The translations under genes and the position numbers were made by a program. A DNA stretch of 64,000 bases from an uncultured Acidobacteriaceae bacterium (GTDB lineage: Bacteria; Acidobacteriota; Terriglobia; Terriglobales; Acidobacteriaceae), in NCBI GenBank assembly GCA_963703685.1, contig CAVPFI010000007.1, forward strand, positions 3,662-67,661, written 5' to 3'. Below the pieces are notes generated by a model. The model saw nothing but the letters and a program-made list of their open reading frames with translations, had not been told where the DNA came from and searched no databases. Shown here piece by piece: positions 54,123 to 63,468 of this stretch. Position 1 is the stretch's first letter; each line of letters starts with the position of its first letter.

Positions 54123-56150
54123 CTAGCGCGACGATTGCACGATCAGAATCATGCCGGGACGGATGACCGCGACATTGCGGTTGTCACGCTTGAGGGCGGC
54201 GACGGTGGTCCGGTAGGCATTGGCGATGGAGTAGAGAGTCTCGCCGTGCTTCACTTTGTGATGAACCACTGCGGCCTGCAGGTGTTCGATCTGCGCCGAC
54301 TTGGTGGCTGGAGGCTTGACCGTGGCGGTCTCCGTGGACTTCGATCCGGCAGCGGGGTGTTTCGACTTGGTTCGCGAAGACACTCGCGAGGACGCTACTT
54401 CGGCGTCATGCGCACCTGGAGAAATCGGCAGGTGCAGGGCCAGTACTCTGCGTCCGCGCAGACTGTCCCCGTGAATGCCGTTCCACCGGCGGAGCATCTG
54501 CGTGGAAATGCCAAAGTTGTCGGCCACGCTTTCGACCGTGTCTCCGGAACGTACGTGGTAGCGGGTGATGCGGCGGGCGTAAGTCGCAGTGTCGCTCAGC
54601 GGATGCTTGCCCGGCGCGACGGGGATCACCAGCTTGGCATCAGCTCCCAATTCCGTGTCTTCCAGGTGGTTGGCGGCCACAATGGACTTGGCCGTAGTGT
54701 GATAATTCCGGGCCAGGGAAGCGAGCGTGTCGCCGGGATGAACGGTGTGATATCGCCACCACAGCCGCATGTCAGGCGGAATCGAGGCGATCGCTGTTTC
54801 GTACTGATCTCTGGTCCCGGCCGGCAGGTGCAGCTCAAACTTGCCCGTGCGCGGCGTGGCCAGGCGCAACAAGCTGGGATTTAGATCCTGCAGCTCGTTG
54901 GACGTGGAACCCACGCACTCAGCCACCAGCCGCAGATCCACCGGATAATTGATGGTGACGGCGTCGTAATCCGCAGGATGGTCCATCGCAACACTATCCA
55001 ATCCATACTGCGACGGATTCTTGGTCATGATGGTCACGGCCAGAATGATAGGCACGTAGTTGCGCGTCTCTTTGGGAAGAACGTTGCGCCGGTAGAGTTC
55101 CCAGAAATCCGCGAAGCCAGTGCGCTTCACGGCAGCCTGCACCGTGCCGGGACCGGAGTTGTAAGCGGCCATGGCGAGATACCAGTCGCCAAACTGGTTA
55201 TAGAGATCTTTCAGATGGTGCGCCGCGGCGCGAGTGGATTTTTCGGGATCCTGGCGATCGTCAACCCACATGTTGTGCGAGAGACCGTATCCGCGGGCGC
55301 GGCTTCCCATGAACTGCCAGATGCCGCGGGCGCCCACGCGTGACACAGCCAGCGGATGGAATCCCGACTCGGCTTGGGCCAGATAGATCAGATCCTGGGG
55401 AACGCCTTCCTGCTTCAAGGTCGCCACGATCATGTCGTGGTAGCGTCCCGACCGGGCAAAAGCGCGCTCAAAGGTATCGCGCCCGCGGCCAGAGAAGTAA
55501 GTGATGTAGCCGGCGACCTGATCGGTCATCATCAGCGGAAGATCAGAACGGGTATTCTTGATTTCTGCCTGGGCTTTGGCTTTGATATTGGCGTCGGGCG
55601 CGGGAGTAAGACCGTTGGTCTCATCGATCGGCGCCGGTTCGGACTTCTGCTGCTGCGCCTCGGCGTCGGGCGCCGTGCCCCCCGGTTCGAGTTGGTTCAC
55701 GCCGGCGACGATCCGGTCGAATTCCTGTTGCAGCCGCTCGTCCGATCGAACGTCAAGATTGCTGCTGAGCAGGGCGTTCAGCGCGTTGTCGAAATTCTGC
55801 TTCGCCTCTTCCGTCTTGCCGGCCTGCTGATTCGCCATTCCTTGCCGGTATTCCTTTTCGGCCCGTGCAATCAAGTCGGCGACCGCATCCGATGCCGGGG
55901 TCGGCGTGGAGTCAGGCGAAGCGGCAGATTCTGTGAGACCAGCCTTTTGCGGCGGAGCATCCTCCGCCTGAGGCGAAGTGGTTGTCGAAGAAGTGCTGGG
56001 AGCTTGCGCAGGAGTCGTTTGCGACTGGAGTGCCGGAGCTTTCCCTGGCGGCAGAAGAGAGGCCGGTTTCTGCGCCGTCTGACAGGCGCAGGCAGCCAAG
56101 GCCAAAGAGGCCAGCACAGCGGTCCGGACATAGAGCTTTGCTAATCGCAT
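54123..56150 (-). CDS. mltD: membrane-bound lytic murein transglycosylase D-like protein with LysM domains
   Basis: Lipoprotein-like signal LALAACAC. SLT catalytic region AESGFHP..VSRVGARGIWQFM..AAYNSGPG. Three LysM-like repeats (YHTVHPGDTLASLARNY.., HVRSGDTVESVADNF.., HKVKHGETLYSIANAY..). Confidence 0.88.
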   Translation of the reverse strand: MRLAKLYVRTAVLASLALAACACQTAQKPASLLPPGKAPALQSQTTPAQAPSTSSTTTSPQAEDAPPQKAGLTESAASPDSTPTPASDAVADLIARAEKEYRQGMANQQAGKTEEAKQNFDNALNALLSSNLDVRSDERLQQEFDRIVAGVNQLEPGGTAPDAEAQQQKSEPAPIDETNGLTPAPDANIKAKAQAEIKNTRSDLPLMMTDQVAGYITYFSGRGRDTFERAFARSGRYHDMIVATLKQEGVPQDLIYLAQAESGFHPLAVSRVGARGIWQFMGSRARGYGLSHNMWVDDRQDPEKSTRAAAHHLKDLYNQFGDWYLAMAAYNSGPGTVQAAVKRTGFADFWELYRRNVLPKETRNYVPIILAVTIMTKNPSQYGLDSVAMDHPADYDAVTINYPVDLRLVAECVGSTSNELQDLNPSLLRLATPRTGKFELHLPAGTRDQYETAIASIPPDMRLWWRYHTVHPGDTLASLARNYHTTAKSIVAANHLEDTELGADAKLVIPVAPGKHPLSDTATYARRITRYHVRSGDTVESVADNFGISTQMLRRWNGIHGDSLRGRRVLALHLPISPGAHDAEVASSRVSSRTKSKHPAAGSKSTETATVKPPATKSAQIEHLQAAVVHHKVKHGETLYSIANAYRTTVAALKRDNRNVAVIRPGMILIVQSSR

Positions 56151-56434
56151 ATTTCTCTATGAGATACGTGCTTCTCCGTAGGATTAAGGGCCGGTGGCTT
56201 CTACCAAATCGTACTCGGTGCCTCCCTTGGGGTCAACGCGGAAAAGGCTTCCTAGCCGTTACTTTAGACATCGGTTCCAGCGGTTACTCCCCAAAGTCTG
56301 CGTCAGGACCCAGACCTAAGTTGGATGACTCGCCGTTTGCCGCGGTTGTTGCGCCTCCAGACTGATCGCAGCCCAAACCTATGGCTCGACGTGCCCCTTT
56401 CGAATCTGGGCCAAATTCTATCGCGGGTCAGGTC

Positions 56435-56926
56435 TCAGTTCTGCAGCGGCAACAGGTATGCCGGATTGCTCGCCAGAACGCCGCCGAAGAATTGGCGGTC
56501 TGCCTCGCGCATGTCCCACGCGATCACCGACTGCGGGGTAATCTGGATCGTGACATCATCCCATGCGGCGAATACCGGACCCACCCTCGCGTCCGCTAGA
56601 GCAGCTTCGCTGAGATACTTGCTATGAATCTCGGCATTCCGTTTTCGGGATAAGTCGCCGGTCAAGATCTGCGCGCTTCCGGCGATGGTGATTCCGCAGG
56701 ATGCCGCCGGATCGCGAGAGTCGATCATTAACGAAGCTTCGGGGTTTGATGTGAGGTTTCTGGCCTTGCGGCTGCGCGACGACGTCGCTACAAAAACGTG
56801 CCCACCGTCGAACCGGTACCACACAGCAACCATGTGAGTCGAGCCGTTAGGGTTCTGAGTCGCGAACGACGCGATGTATCGGCCGTCCAAAAACTGCCTG
56901 ACCAGAGCATCTGTAAGGGAAGCCAT
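56435..56926 (-). CDS. pyridoxamine 5'-phosphate oxidase-family (possibly F420-dependent) protein
   Basis: The start MASLTDALVRQFLDGRYIASFATQNPNGSTHMVAVWY has an AGGGGA RBS before the ATG at 56926. Typical PPOX split-barrel N-terminus. Confidence 0.65.
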   Translation of the reverse strand: MASLTDALVRQFLDGRYIASFATQNPNGSTHMVAVWYRFDGGHVFVATSSRSRKARNLTSNPEASLMIDSRDPAASCGITIAGSAQILTGDLSRKRNAEIHSKYLSEAALADARVGPVFAAWDDVTIQITPQSVIAWDMREADRQFFGGVLASNPAYLLPLQN

Positions 56927-57045
56927 CAGAAAATTTCCCCTTTCCTCGGTGCAATATTTTGGCCGACTATCTAGACGACTACGCGGCGCCTTCTTTCGGT
57001 GCATTCCTAGCAATCAGAGCCTAGGCCTCGGCTCTGAGGTCGGGT

Positions 57046-57504
57046 TCACACCCGCCAGTAATCGGGACGCCAGTTCTGGATTGCCTTCTTGATGTCGGCT
57101 CGCGACATTTTTTCGTTCAGGGCGCGCTCGGCCAGTTTCGGAAGCTCAGCGTCCGATGCGAAGCGCAGCGCGCACAGCTGGCCTTCGGTCAATTCGGGAA
57201 TGCGGGAACGCAAGGGCTCCGGCAGCAGCCGCATCAGTCGCAACTGCTCTTCCAGGCGAATGATGCGATCCTGCACCCTAATCGCGTAGAAGCGCGTTTT
57301 GGTCGCCCATATTAGTAAGGCTAGCGCCAGCAAGATCAGCAGGACGGCATGAATCTGATCGTGCATATCGCCGTGGGTGATATGGGCGAAAAAATGGATA
57401 AGCGTCAGGAGCAGCCCCAGCAGAAGAATCGGAAGCACGAAAAAGTGAAAAGGCGGGTCCCAGCGCGTGTGATTCGCGAAAGTCTGCGGTTTCTTTTCGG
57501 CCAT
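57046..57504 (-). CDS. membrane protein (two TM segments) with a C-terminal helical domain
   Basis: The start MAEKKPQTF has an AAGGAGA RBS before the ATG at 57504. TM segments FHFFVLPILLLGLLLTLIHFF and AVLLILLALALLIW. Confidence 0.55.
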   Translation of the reverse strand: MAEKKPQTFANHTRWDPPFHFFVLPILLLGLLLTLIHFFAHITHGDMHDQIHAVLLILLALALLIWATKTRFYAIRVQDRIIRLEEQLRLMRLLPEPLRSRIPELTEGQLCALRFASDAELPKLAERALNEKMSRADIKKAIQNWRPDYWRV

Positions 57505-57657
57505 GTGGATCTCCTTGCGGAAAAGACGTGCCAGTGTAGCAGAGTCGGCGGCGACGCAAAGCGACTTAATCCAGAGCAACGATCGTCCGAAGCGACGGTC
57601 GCATGTAAAATTACTTGTCGACGATCTTCGTGCGAGATTTGCGAATCCCAGAACTTT

Positions 57658-58628
57658 ATGAAAGCCATTCAAGTGAAACAACCTGGCGGGCCGGAGGCGA
57701 TGGAACTAGTCGACTTGCCGGTTCCGCAGCCGAAGGCAAATGAGGCGGTAGTGAAGCTGTCCGCTTCGGGCGTCAACTTTATCGATGTATACGTTCGGGA
57801 AGGGCGCTATAAAGCGCTCACGCCATTTGTGCTGGGGCAGGAGGGAGCGGGCGTCGTCAACGCCGTGGGCGCCGACGTCACGTCGGTTAAAAATGGCGAT
57901 CGCGTCGCCTGGGCCGGCGTCTTGGGATCGTACGCGGAATATGCGGCCGTGCCCGCGGACCGTCTGGTGCCCATTCCTGACGGCGTCACCGACCAGCAAG
58001 CGGCAGCGGCCATGTTGCAAGGCATGACCGCGCACTATCTCTCGCATGACACGTATCCCTTGAAGCGCGGCGAAACGGCGCTGGTGCACGCCGCCGCCGG
58101 CGGCGTAGGACTGCTGCTGGTGCAGATGGCGCACACAATATTGGCGCGCGCGTGATTGCCACGGTCTCGACCGACGAGAAAGCGAAGCTGGCGCGCGAGG
58201 CGGGGGCGGACGAAATCATTCTCTATACAAAAACGGACTTCGAAGCTGAGACAAAGAGGATTACCGGCGGCAAGGGCGTCGACGTCGTTTACGACTCGGT
58301 GGGCAAGACCACTTTCGAGAAGGGCCTCAACGTTCTGCGCCCGCGCGGCATGATGGCCTTGTTCGGCGGATCGAGCGGCGCGGTGCCTCCGTTTGATCCG
58401 ATGGTGCTGGCGCAAAAGGGATCGCTTTACGTGACGCGGCCCACGCTGGTGGCCTACATCGCAACGCGGGAGGAATTGGTCGCGCGATCCGGCGCAGTGT
58501 TCGCCATGATTGCGGCCGGCAAACTTAAGCTACGGATCGAACACATCTATCCGCTGGCCGAAGTGCAGCGGGCGCATCGCGATCTGGAAGGACGAAAGAC
58601 GACTGGGAAGTTGCTGCTGATTCCGTAG
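57658..58628 (+). CDS. qor: NADPH:quinone oxidoreductase (zeta-crystallin/MDR family), copy 1, with a 2-nt frameshift
   Basis: [21 protein letters not shown]...[16 protein letters not shown], then the frame breaks at AATATT (58137-58142) and resumes as [25 protein letters not shown]... Removing one AT restores alignment with copy 2. Confidence 0.75.
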
Positions 58629-58655
58629 GCGGAACGTCAGTCCCACACAAAGCTC

Positions 58656-58761
58656 TGTCATCCTGCGCGAAGCGAAGGACCTCTGTACTCTTTGGCGGTG
58701 TCGGCGCTGCTGAGAGTGCATAGATCCTTCGGCCCGCAAGAGCGCGGACCTCAGGATGACA
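58656..58761. repeat. Family-B-related element with terminal inverted repeats (TGTCATCCTG ... CAGGATGACA) between the two qor copies
   Basis: The 5' end TGTCATCCTGCGCGAAGCGAAGGACCTC and the 3' end GCGGACCTCAGGATGACA are inverted complements. Confidence 0.75.
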
Positions 58762-58786
58762 ATGCTGTGTTCGCAGAAGGAACACT

Positions 58787-59758
58787 ATGAAAGCCATTCG
58801 CGTGCAACACACCGGCGGCCCCGAGGTCATGGAACTCGTCGAGCTTCCCGACGCCGCAGCCGAAACCCACCGAGGCAGTGGTGAAAGTCTCCGTTGCCGG
58901 GGTGAACTCGATTGATGGCCACTTCCGCGATGGAAGCCTGCGGACGCCGCTGCCGTTTATTCCCGGCCAGGAAGGCGCGGGAGTGGTGACGGCAGTAGGC
59001 ACGCAAGGCGAAGGCGGTGAAAGTCGGCGACCGTGTGGCGTGGAGCGGGACGCTCGGATCCTACGCCGAATACGTGGCAGCGGCGGCAGACAGCTTGGTG
59101 CCGGTTCCGGACGAAGTGACCGACCAGCAAGCCGCCGCCGCAATGATGCACGGCCTGACCGCGCACTATCTGGTGAACGATGCGCACAAACTGAAAGCGG
59201 GCGAAACCGCTCTGGTGCACGCAGCTGCGGGCGGCGTTGGACTTCTGTTGGTGCAAATGGCGCGCATCATCGGAGCCCGCGTGATCGGCACGGCCTCCAG
59301 CGAAGAGAAAGCTGGACTGGCGCGGGAAGCAGGCGCGGACGAAGTCATCGTCTTCACCCAGCAGGATTTTGAACCCGAAGTAAAGCGCCTGACCGGCGGC
59401 GCGGGCGTCGACGTGGTGTACGACGGCGTGGGCAAAGCGACGTTCGAGAAAAATCTAAATGTCCTGCGCCCGCGCGGCATGCTCGTGCTCTATGGCATGT
59501 CGAGCGGTCCGGTGCCGCCGGTGGATCCCGCCAAGTTGTCGGAGAAAGGTTCGCTCTACATGGCGCGCACTACGCTGGCGCACTTCACCGCGACGCGCGA
59601 GGAACTGCTGGCGCGCACGAGCGCGCTGTTTGCCATGATCGCTGAAGGCAAGCTCAAGCTGCGGATCGCAAAAACTTATCCACTGGCCGAAGCGCCGCAG
59701 GCCCACCGCGACATGGAAGCGCGCAAGACTCGCTGGGAAACTGCTGCTGGTTCCGTGA
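58787..59758 (+). pseudogene. qor: NADPH:quinone oxidoreductase, copy 2, with three 1-nt frameshifts
   Basis: Alignment to copy 1 needs frame changes at CCC 58847-58849 (..VELP / TPQPKPTEAVVKV), at GG 59016-59017 (..GTQGEG / VKVGDRVAW) and near 59731-59734 (..EARKT. / GKLLLVP*). Confidence 0.7.
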
Positions 59759-59788
59759 GAAGGGTCGTCGACGCCATCGTGACTTTCT

Positions 59789-60202
59789 TCAAATCAGCCG
59801 TAGTTTCGGAAAGTCCACACCATAGCGGCCTGCGTCGCGTGTCATAAGCCTGTCCGCTTTCAGCAGCGCGTGCGACGCGATGATGAAGTCCACCAGAAGA
59901 CGCTTTGGCGAACCTCCGCCCGAACGGCGACGGCGAATGGCATAGGCCGCAAAGCTTTCTGCCGCTAGCAGCCAGACATCCTCTTCAAGGTCAAAATCAA
60001 TAGCGATGGCCATTTCCCCAAGCGCTTTCCGAACCAACTTCACATTCAGCCCAGGGACTGCTGATAACTCGACGAAGACCGGAGCGCTTATGACTAGCGC
60101 CCCCTGTGCGCGAACTCTTGACAACTCAGCAACAATCGTGACCGCTGCGGGCGTTCCCGACCAAACGGGCGATAGAATGTTGGTGTCCAGCGCTGTCCTC
60201 AT
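59789..60202 (-). CDS. vapC: PIN-domain toxin (VapC family)
   Basis: 137 aa. LDTNIL N-terminal acidic motif and a later ..DFIIASHAL..DRLMTRD. ATGA overlap with the upstream antitoxin gene. Confidence 0.8.
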   Translation of the reverse strand: MRTALDTNILSPVWSGTPAAVTIVAELSRVRAQGALVISAPVFVELSAVPGLNVKLVRKALGEMAIAIDFDLEEDVWLLAAESFAAYAIRRRRSGGGSPKRLLVDFIIASHALLKADRLMTRDAGRYGVDFPKLRLI

Positions 60203-60450
60203 TCGTAGTCTTTATCGCTTCGCATATCGTCGATCCAAGCCTTTATCCCCTCGTCCCCGCCGGGGAACGGACCTGCAATTCCGATAAACTTCTCGAAGGG
60301 GTTGATGTCCGAACGTAGCGGCCGGATCACGGTGCGATCTTCCTCCACTACAAATTCGACGCGGTCGCCGGTTTCCAACCCGAGGCGTTTTCGAATCTCC
60401 TGCGGGACGGTAATCTGGCCCTTGCTGCTGATTGTGCTGGAGTTCTTCAT
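60199..60450 (-). CDS. vapB: AbrB/MazE/SpoVT-type antitoxin (VapB)
   Basis: 83 aa. TISSKGQITVPQEIRKRLGLETGDRVEFVV is the swapped-hairpin SpoVT/AbrB motif. Confidence 0.8.
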   Translation of the reverse strand: MKNSSTISSKGQITVPQEIRKRLGLETGDRVEFVVEEDRTVIRPLRSDINPFEKFIGIAGPFPGGDEGIKAWIDDMRSDKDYE

Positions 60451-60524
60451 TCTTTACCACCAAGCTTTACAGTAAAGATATCAATCTTTACCGCCGAAGT
60501 CAATACCCAGTTTTCCCCTTTCCT

Positions 60525-61475
60525 TCACGGCCAGTCTGGGAACACTAGCGACATGGGACTCTCCCAGAAGCAACTGTAAAGAGCGGCGTCGAATTTCCTG
60601 ATGGGCGCTCCGTAGGTCTTCGCGAAGTGGCGTCCCCAATGCGGGCGGCTGCCGTCCGCATCGGTGAAGCCGTATTCTTCCGAGAGATCCCAGGAACTGA
60701 AAACTTGCCCGGACTTCTTCTTCAGGCTCGGGTCGGCCGCCAGGGTGGCAACGGCCCGTCCCACAAAGAGCGGCGTCTCCGAATGCAGGAAGTTGGGATC
60801 TTTCTTTGCGGCTTCTCGCCAGTTTTCTTCTTTCACGCCGAAGTTATCCAGCATGGCTTCGGAGCGCAGGAATCCGGGCGTAACCGCCAGAGCAGTGATA
60901 TCTGTCTTGCGCAGTTCGTAGGCCATGATCATAGCGAGCCGAATGACGGAAGTCTTCACCAGATCGTAGAACAGGTTTCCGCGGTAGCCGAAGAAGTTGC
61001 CGTCGGTAATTTCGACGATGAGTCCGTGCCCTTTCTCAACCATGAGCGGGGCCAAATGGCGGCTGGTGATGATGTGCGAATGCACCGCTTGATTTAGCAT
61101 GGCCAGGCCTTTGTCGAGCGAGACCTGCCAGAAAGTTTTTCCGAACTCGGTCAGCGAGTCGCCGCCCCAGACGTCGTTGACTAGGATATCGAGCTTGCCC
61201 TTCTGCTCCCGCAAGATGCGGGCGGCGAGTTTCTTGACGTCACCTTCCTTCGTATGATCGCAACGCACGGCGATGCCTTTGCCGCCATTGGCAGTGACCA
61301 TCTCCGCGGTCTCGTTGATGGTCTCGCGTCGGCCCTTGGTAGCGGGTTTGCCAGGCACGCTCCGTCCGGTGCAATAGACGGTGGCGCCGGCTTCGCCGAG
61401 AGCGCACGCGATGCCGCGTCCAGCGCCGCGAGTCGCGCCGGCAACGAGAGCGACACGGCCTTCGAGCGGTTTCAT
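60525..61475 (-). CDS. SDR-family oxidoreductase
   Basis: GRVALVAGATRGAGRGIA Rossmann motif. The later FFGYRGNLFYDLVK region plausibly holds the catalytic YxxxK. Confidence 0.8.
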   Translation of the reverse strand: MKPLEGRVALVAGATRGAGRGIACALGEAGATVYCTGRSVPGKPATKGRRETINETAEMVTANGGKGIAVRCDHTKEGDVKKLAARILREQKGKLDILVNDVWGGDSLTEFGKTFWQVSLDKGLAMLNQAVHSHIITSRHLAPLMVEKGHGLIVEITDGNFFGYRGNLFYDLVKTSVIRLAMIMAYELRKTDITALAVTPGFLRSEAMLDNFGVKEENWREAAKKDPNFLHSETPLFVGRAVATLAADPSLKKKSGQVFSSWDLSEEYGFTDADGSRPHWGRHFAKTYGAPIRKFDAALYSCFWESPMSLVFPDWP

Positions 61476-61525
61476 GCAGCAGATGTTATACGCAAGCGCG
61501 GGAATCGCTCAACCGGAAGCGCGAC

Positions 61526-62215
61526 CTATCGATTTCTCGTGTAGCGTTTTGCGTAGGCGGGGACTTCCTGCGCGGGATCGAGTCGCGGATCATTGTTTAG
61601 CAGATCAGTGTTTAGCAGATCAGTGATCGGCGCGCCTGCCGTCATTTCCAGCGGAACAACTCCCGCCCAAGTAGGGAACGAGTAATCCTCTTCGTCGTCG
61701 ATAGGCGCACCGGTGCGCACCTTGGCGGAAAATTCTTCGATAGGCAGTCTCAAAACCGAGGTTTGCTTGAGTTCGCGTTCGTTGGGCTGACGCGCGTCCT
61801 CCCAGCGGCCGGGCAGAATGTGTTCTGACAAAATTCGCAAAGCGGCCAGCTTCTCTTCCGGATCGTCCACCGGCGTGGCCTTGCCCAGAATCACCACCGA
61901 GCGGTAGTTCATCGAGTGATTGAAAACCGAGCGGGCGAGCACGAGTCCGTCCAGCAATGTGACGGTGATGCAGACGGGAATCCCATCTTTCAACTGGCGC
62001 AGCATGCGGCTCGCAGCCGAGCCGTGAATATAAAGGCTGGCGTCCTTGCGGCCATACGAAGTTGGAATCACGAAGGGCTGGCCGTTCATCACGAAGCCGG
62101 CGTGGCAGAGAAATCCTTCATCGAGGATGCGGTAGACGGTCTCGCGATCATAGACGCCACGGTGAGCTTCGCGAACCACGCGGGTGCGCGCGGTGGGCAT
62201 TTGCGTTTCAGACAT
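61526..62215 (-). CDS. pyridoxamine 5'-phosphate oxidase-family flavin-binding protein
   Basis: The start MSETQMPTARTRV is at 62215. ..GFLCHAGFVMNGQPFVIPTSYGRKDASLYIHGSAASRM.. is typical of the PNPOx-like split barrel. An in-frame 15-bp tandem duplication lies at 61595-61624. Confidence 0.7.
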   Translation of the reverse strand: MSETQMPTARTRVVREAHRGVYDRETVYRILDEGFLCHAGFVMNGQPFVIPTSYGRKDASLYIHGSAASRMLRQLKDGIPVCITVTLLDGLVLARSVFNHSMNYRSVVILGKATPVDDPEEKLAALRILSEHILPGRWEDARQPNERELKQTSVLRLPIEEFSAKVRTGAPIDDEEDYSFPTWAGVVPLEMTAGAPITDLLNTDLLNNDPRLDPAQEVPAYAKRYTRNR

Positions 62216-62412
62216 TGGGGAGTGAACTCCGGCAAGCGCCAAGGATGGGTGAACACAAAGTGTATCACCGAGCCGGACGCACACTTCAGACCTCGGACCT
62301 CGGTAGTGGGGCCATCTTGAAATTTATGAGCTGGCGGACGGCTGTGGAAGTCACGTTCGGAGTTTCGACAAGTTTGTGGGATTATTGGAGCAAAGGGGGA
62401 GGAGGCTGCGGC

Positions 62413-62697
62413 ATGAGTAAAGCGAAGAAATTCGCACTAATCGGCGCAGGTGTAGGATTTTGCCTGGCGCTCTTTATGTCCGAATTTGCCTATTATGCAA
62501 ATTCCCACCACCTCGCCTACGATCTCTCTCTTCTTTACCTTTGCTTGGCTCCGACCTCGATTCTGCTGATCGCGACGGAACGGGTAACGCCATCAGATGT
62601 GGCGACGATAGTTCTGATATTTGCGCTCTCGAATGGTCTTAGCTACGGGATTGTGTTTCTCGTAATTGGGAAGATTTGGGATGTGATTTCACGGTGA
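62413..62697 (+). CDS. small membrane protein (three hydrophobic segments)
   Basis: MSKAKKFALIGAGVGFCLALFMS.., preceded by GGGGGAGGAGG. Flanked by GACCTCGGAC-type repeats at 62286-62312 and 62718-62745. Confidence 0.45.
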   Translation: MSKAKKFALIGAGVGFCLALFMSEFAYYANSHHLAYDLSLLYLCLAPTSILLIATERVTPSDVATIVLIFALSNGLSYGIVFLVIGKIWDVISR

Positions 62698-62830
62698 GTT
62701 CTAATACAGTCCACTACCCGGACCTCGGACTTCAGACCACGGATCAATTAACTTCATCTCCTTTCCGCCGATCCTCTCTTGACGCCGGGCCTTGCCAGCC
62801 CCCAGAATGTAATTTCGTTCGAGGTGATTC

Positions 62831-63391
62831 ATGCTGGCCTACCTATTCGTACTACTAACTATCGCCGTCCGCTTTCTGCCGTTCGCCGGTCCTCTGAACG
62901 TTCTGCCGCACGCTTGGCACTTCACACCGCTAGCGGCGTCGTTGCTGTTTTTCGGAGCACGCGGGTCGCGCCGCCAAATGTGGGTTCCGCTAGTGCTGCT
63001 GGCAGCTACTGACGTGGTTCTAACCAAGTTCATCTACGTCTACCCGTTCTCCTGGGACCAACTGGTTATCTGGGCTTGGTATGCCGGAATTCTCTGGCTG
63101 GGCACAAATCTGCGCGAAAAAGCCGGCTTCTGGCGGGTCGTGGGCGCGGCTGTGACTAGTTCAGTCTCGTTCTTCCTGATCAGTAACTTTGCAGTATGGG
63201 CGGCCTCGCCGCAAATGTATCCCAGAACTTTCAGCGGCCTGATGATGTCCTACACCGCCGGGATTCCGTTCTTCCGCGGAACGGCCGAGAGCGACCTCTT
63301 TTTCTCCATTGCGATGTTCGGGACGCCGGTCCTGCTGCACACTCTTGCCGGATGGCTCGACAAATCCAGCGACCGCCCCGCAGCCGCGTAG
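62831..63391 (+). CDS. polytopic membrane protein (DUF6580-like, uncertain)
   Basis: 186 aa with five or six hydrophobic helices (MLAYLFVLLTIAVRFLPF.., VSFFLISNFAVW..). Confidence 0.55.
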   Translation: MLAYLFVLLTIAVRFLPFAGPLNVLPHAWHFTPLAASLLFFGARGSRRQMWVPLVLLAATDVVLTKFIYVYPFSWDQLVIWAWYAGILWLGTNLREKAGFWRVVGAAVTSSVSFFLISNFAVWAASPQMYPRTFSGLMMSYTAGIPFFRGTAESDLFFSIAMFGTPVLLHTLAGWLDKSSDRPAAA

Positions 63392-63468
63392 TAGAGATGC
63401 TCATGTGGGGACAGCCGCCCCCGGCTGTCCCAGCCGCGACGCCCTCTGTCCCGGCTGCAGTGCTTCAT

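Noticed and set aside
2709-63430. Possibility that the many short repeats form CRISPR arrays
   Set aside because: The copies are dispersed singly, with irregular spacing and in both orientations. They are themselves palindromic with variable cores. No regular repeat-spacer array and no cas genes were seen.
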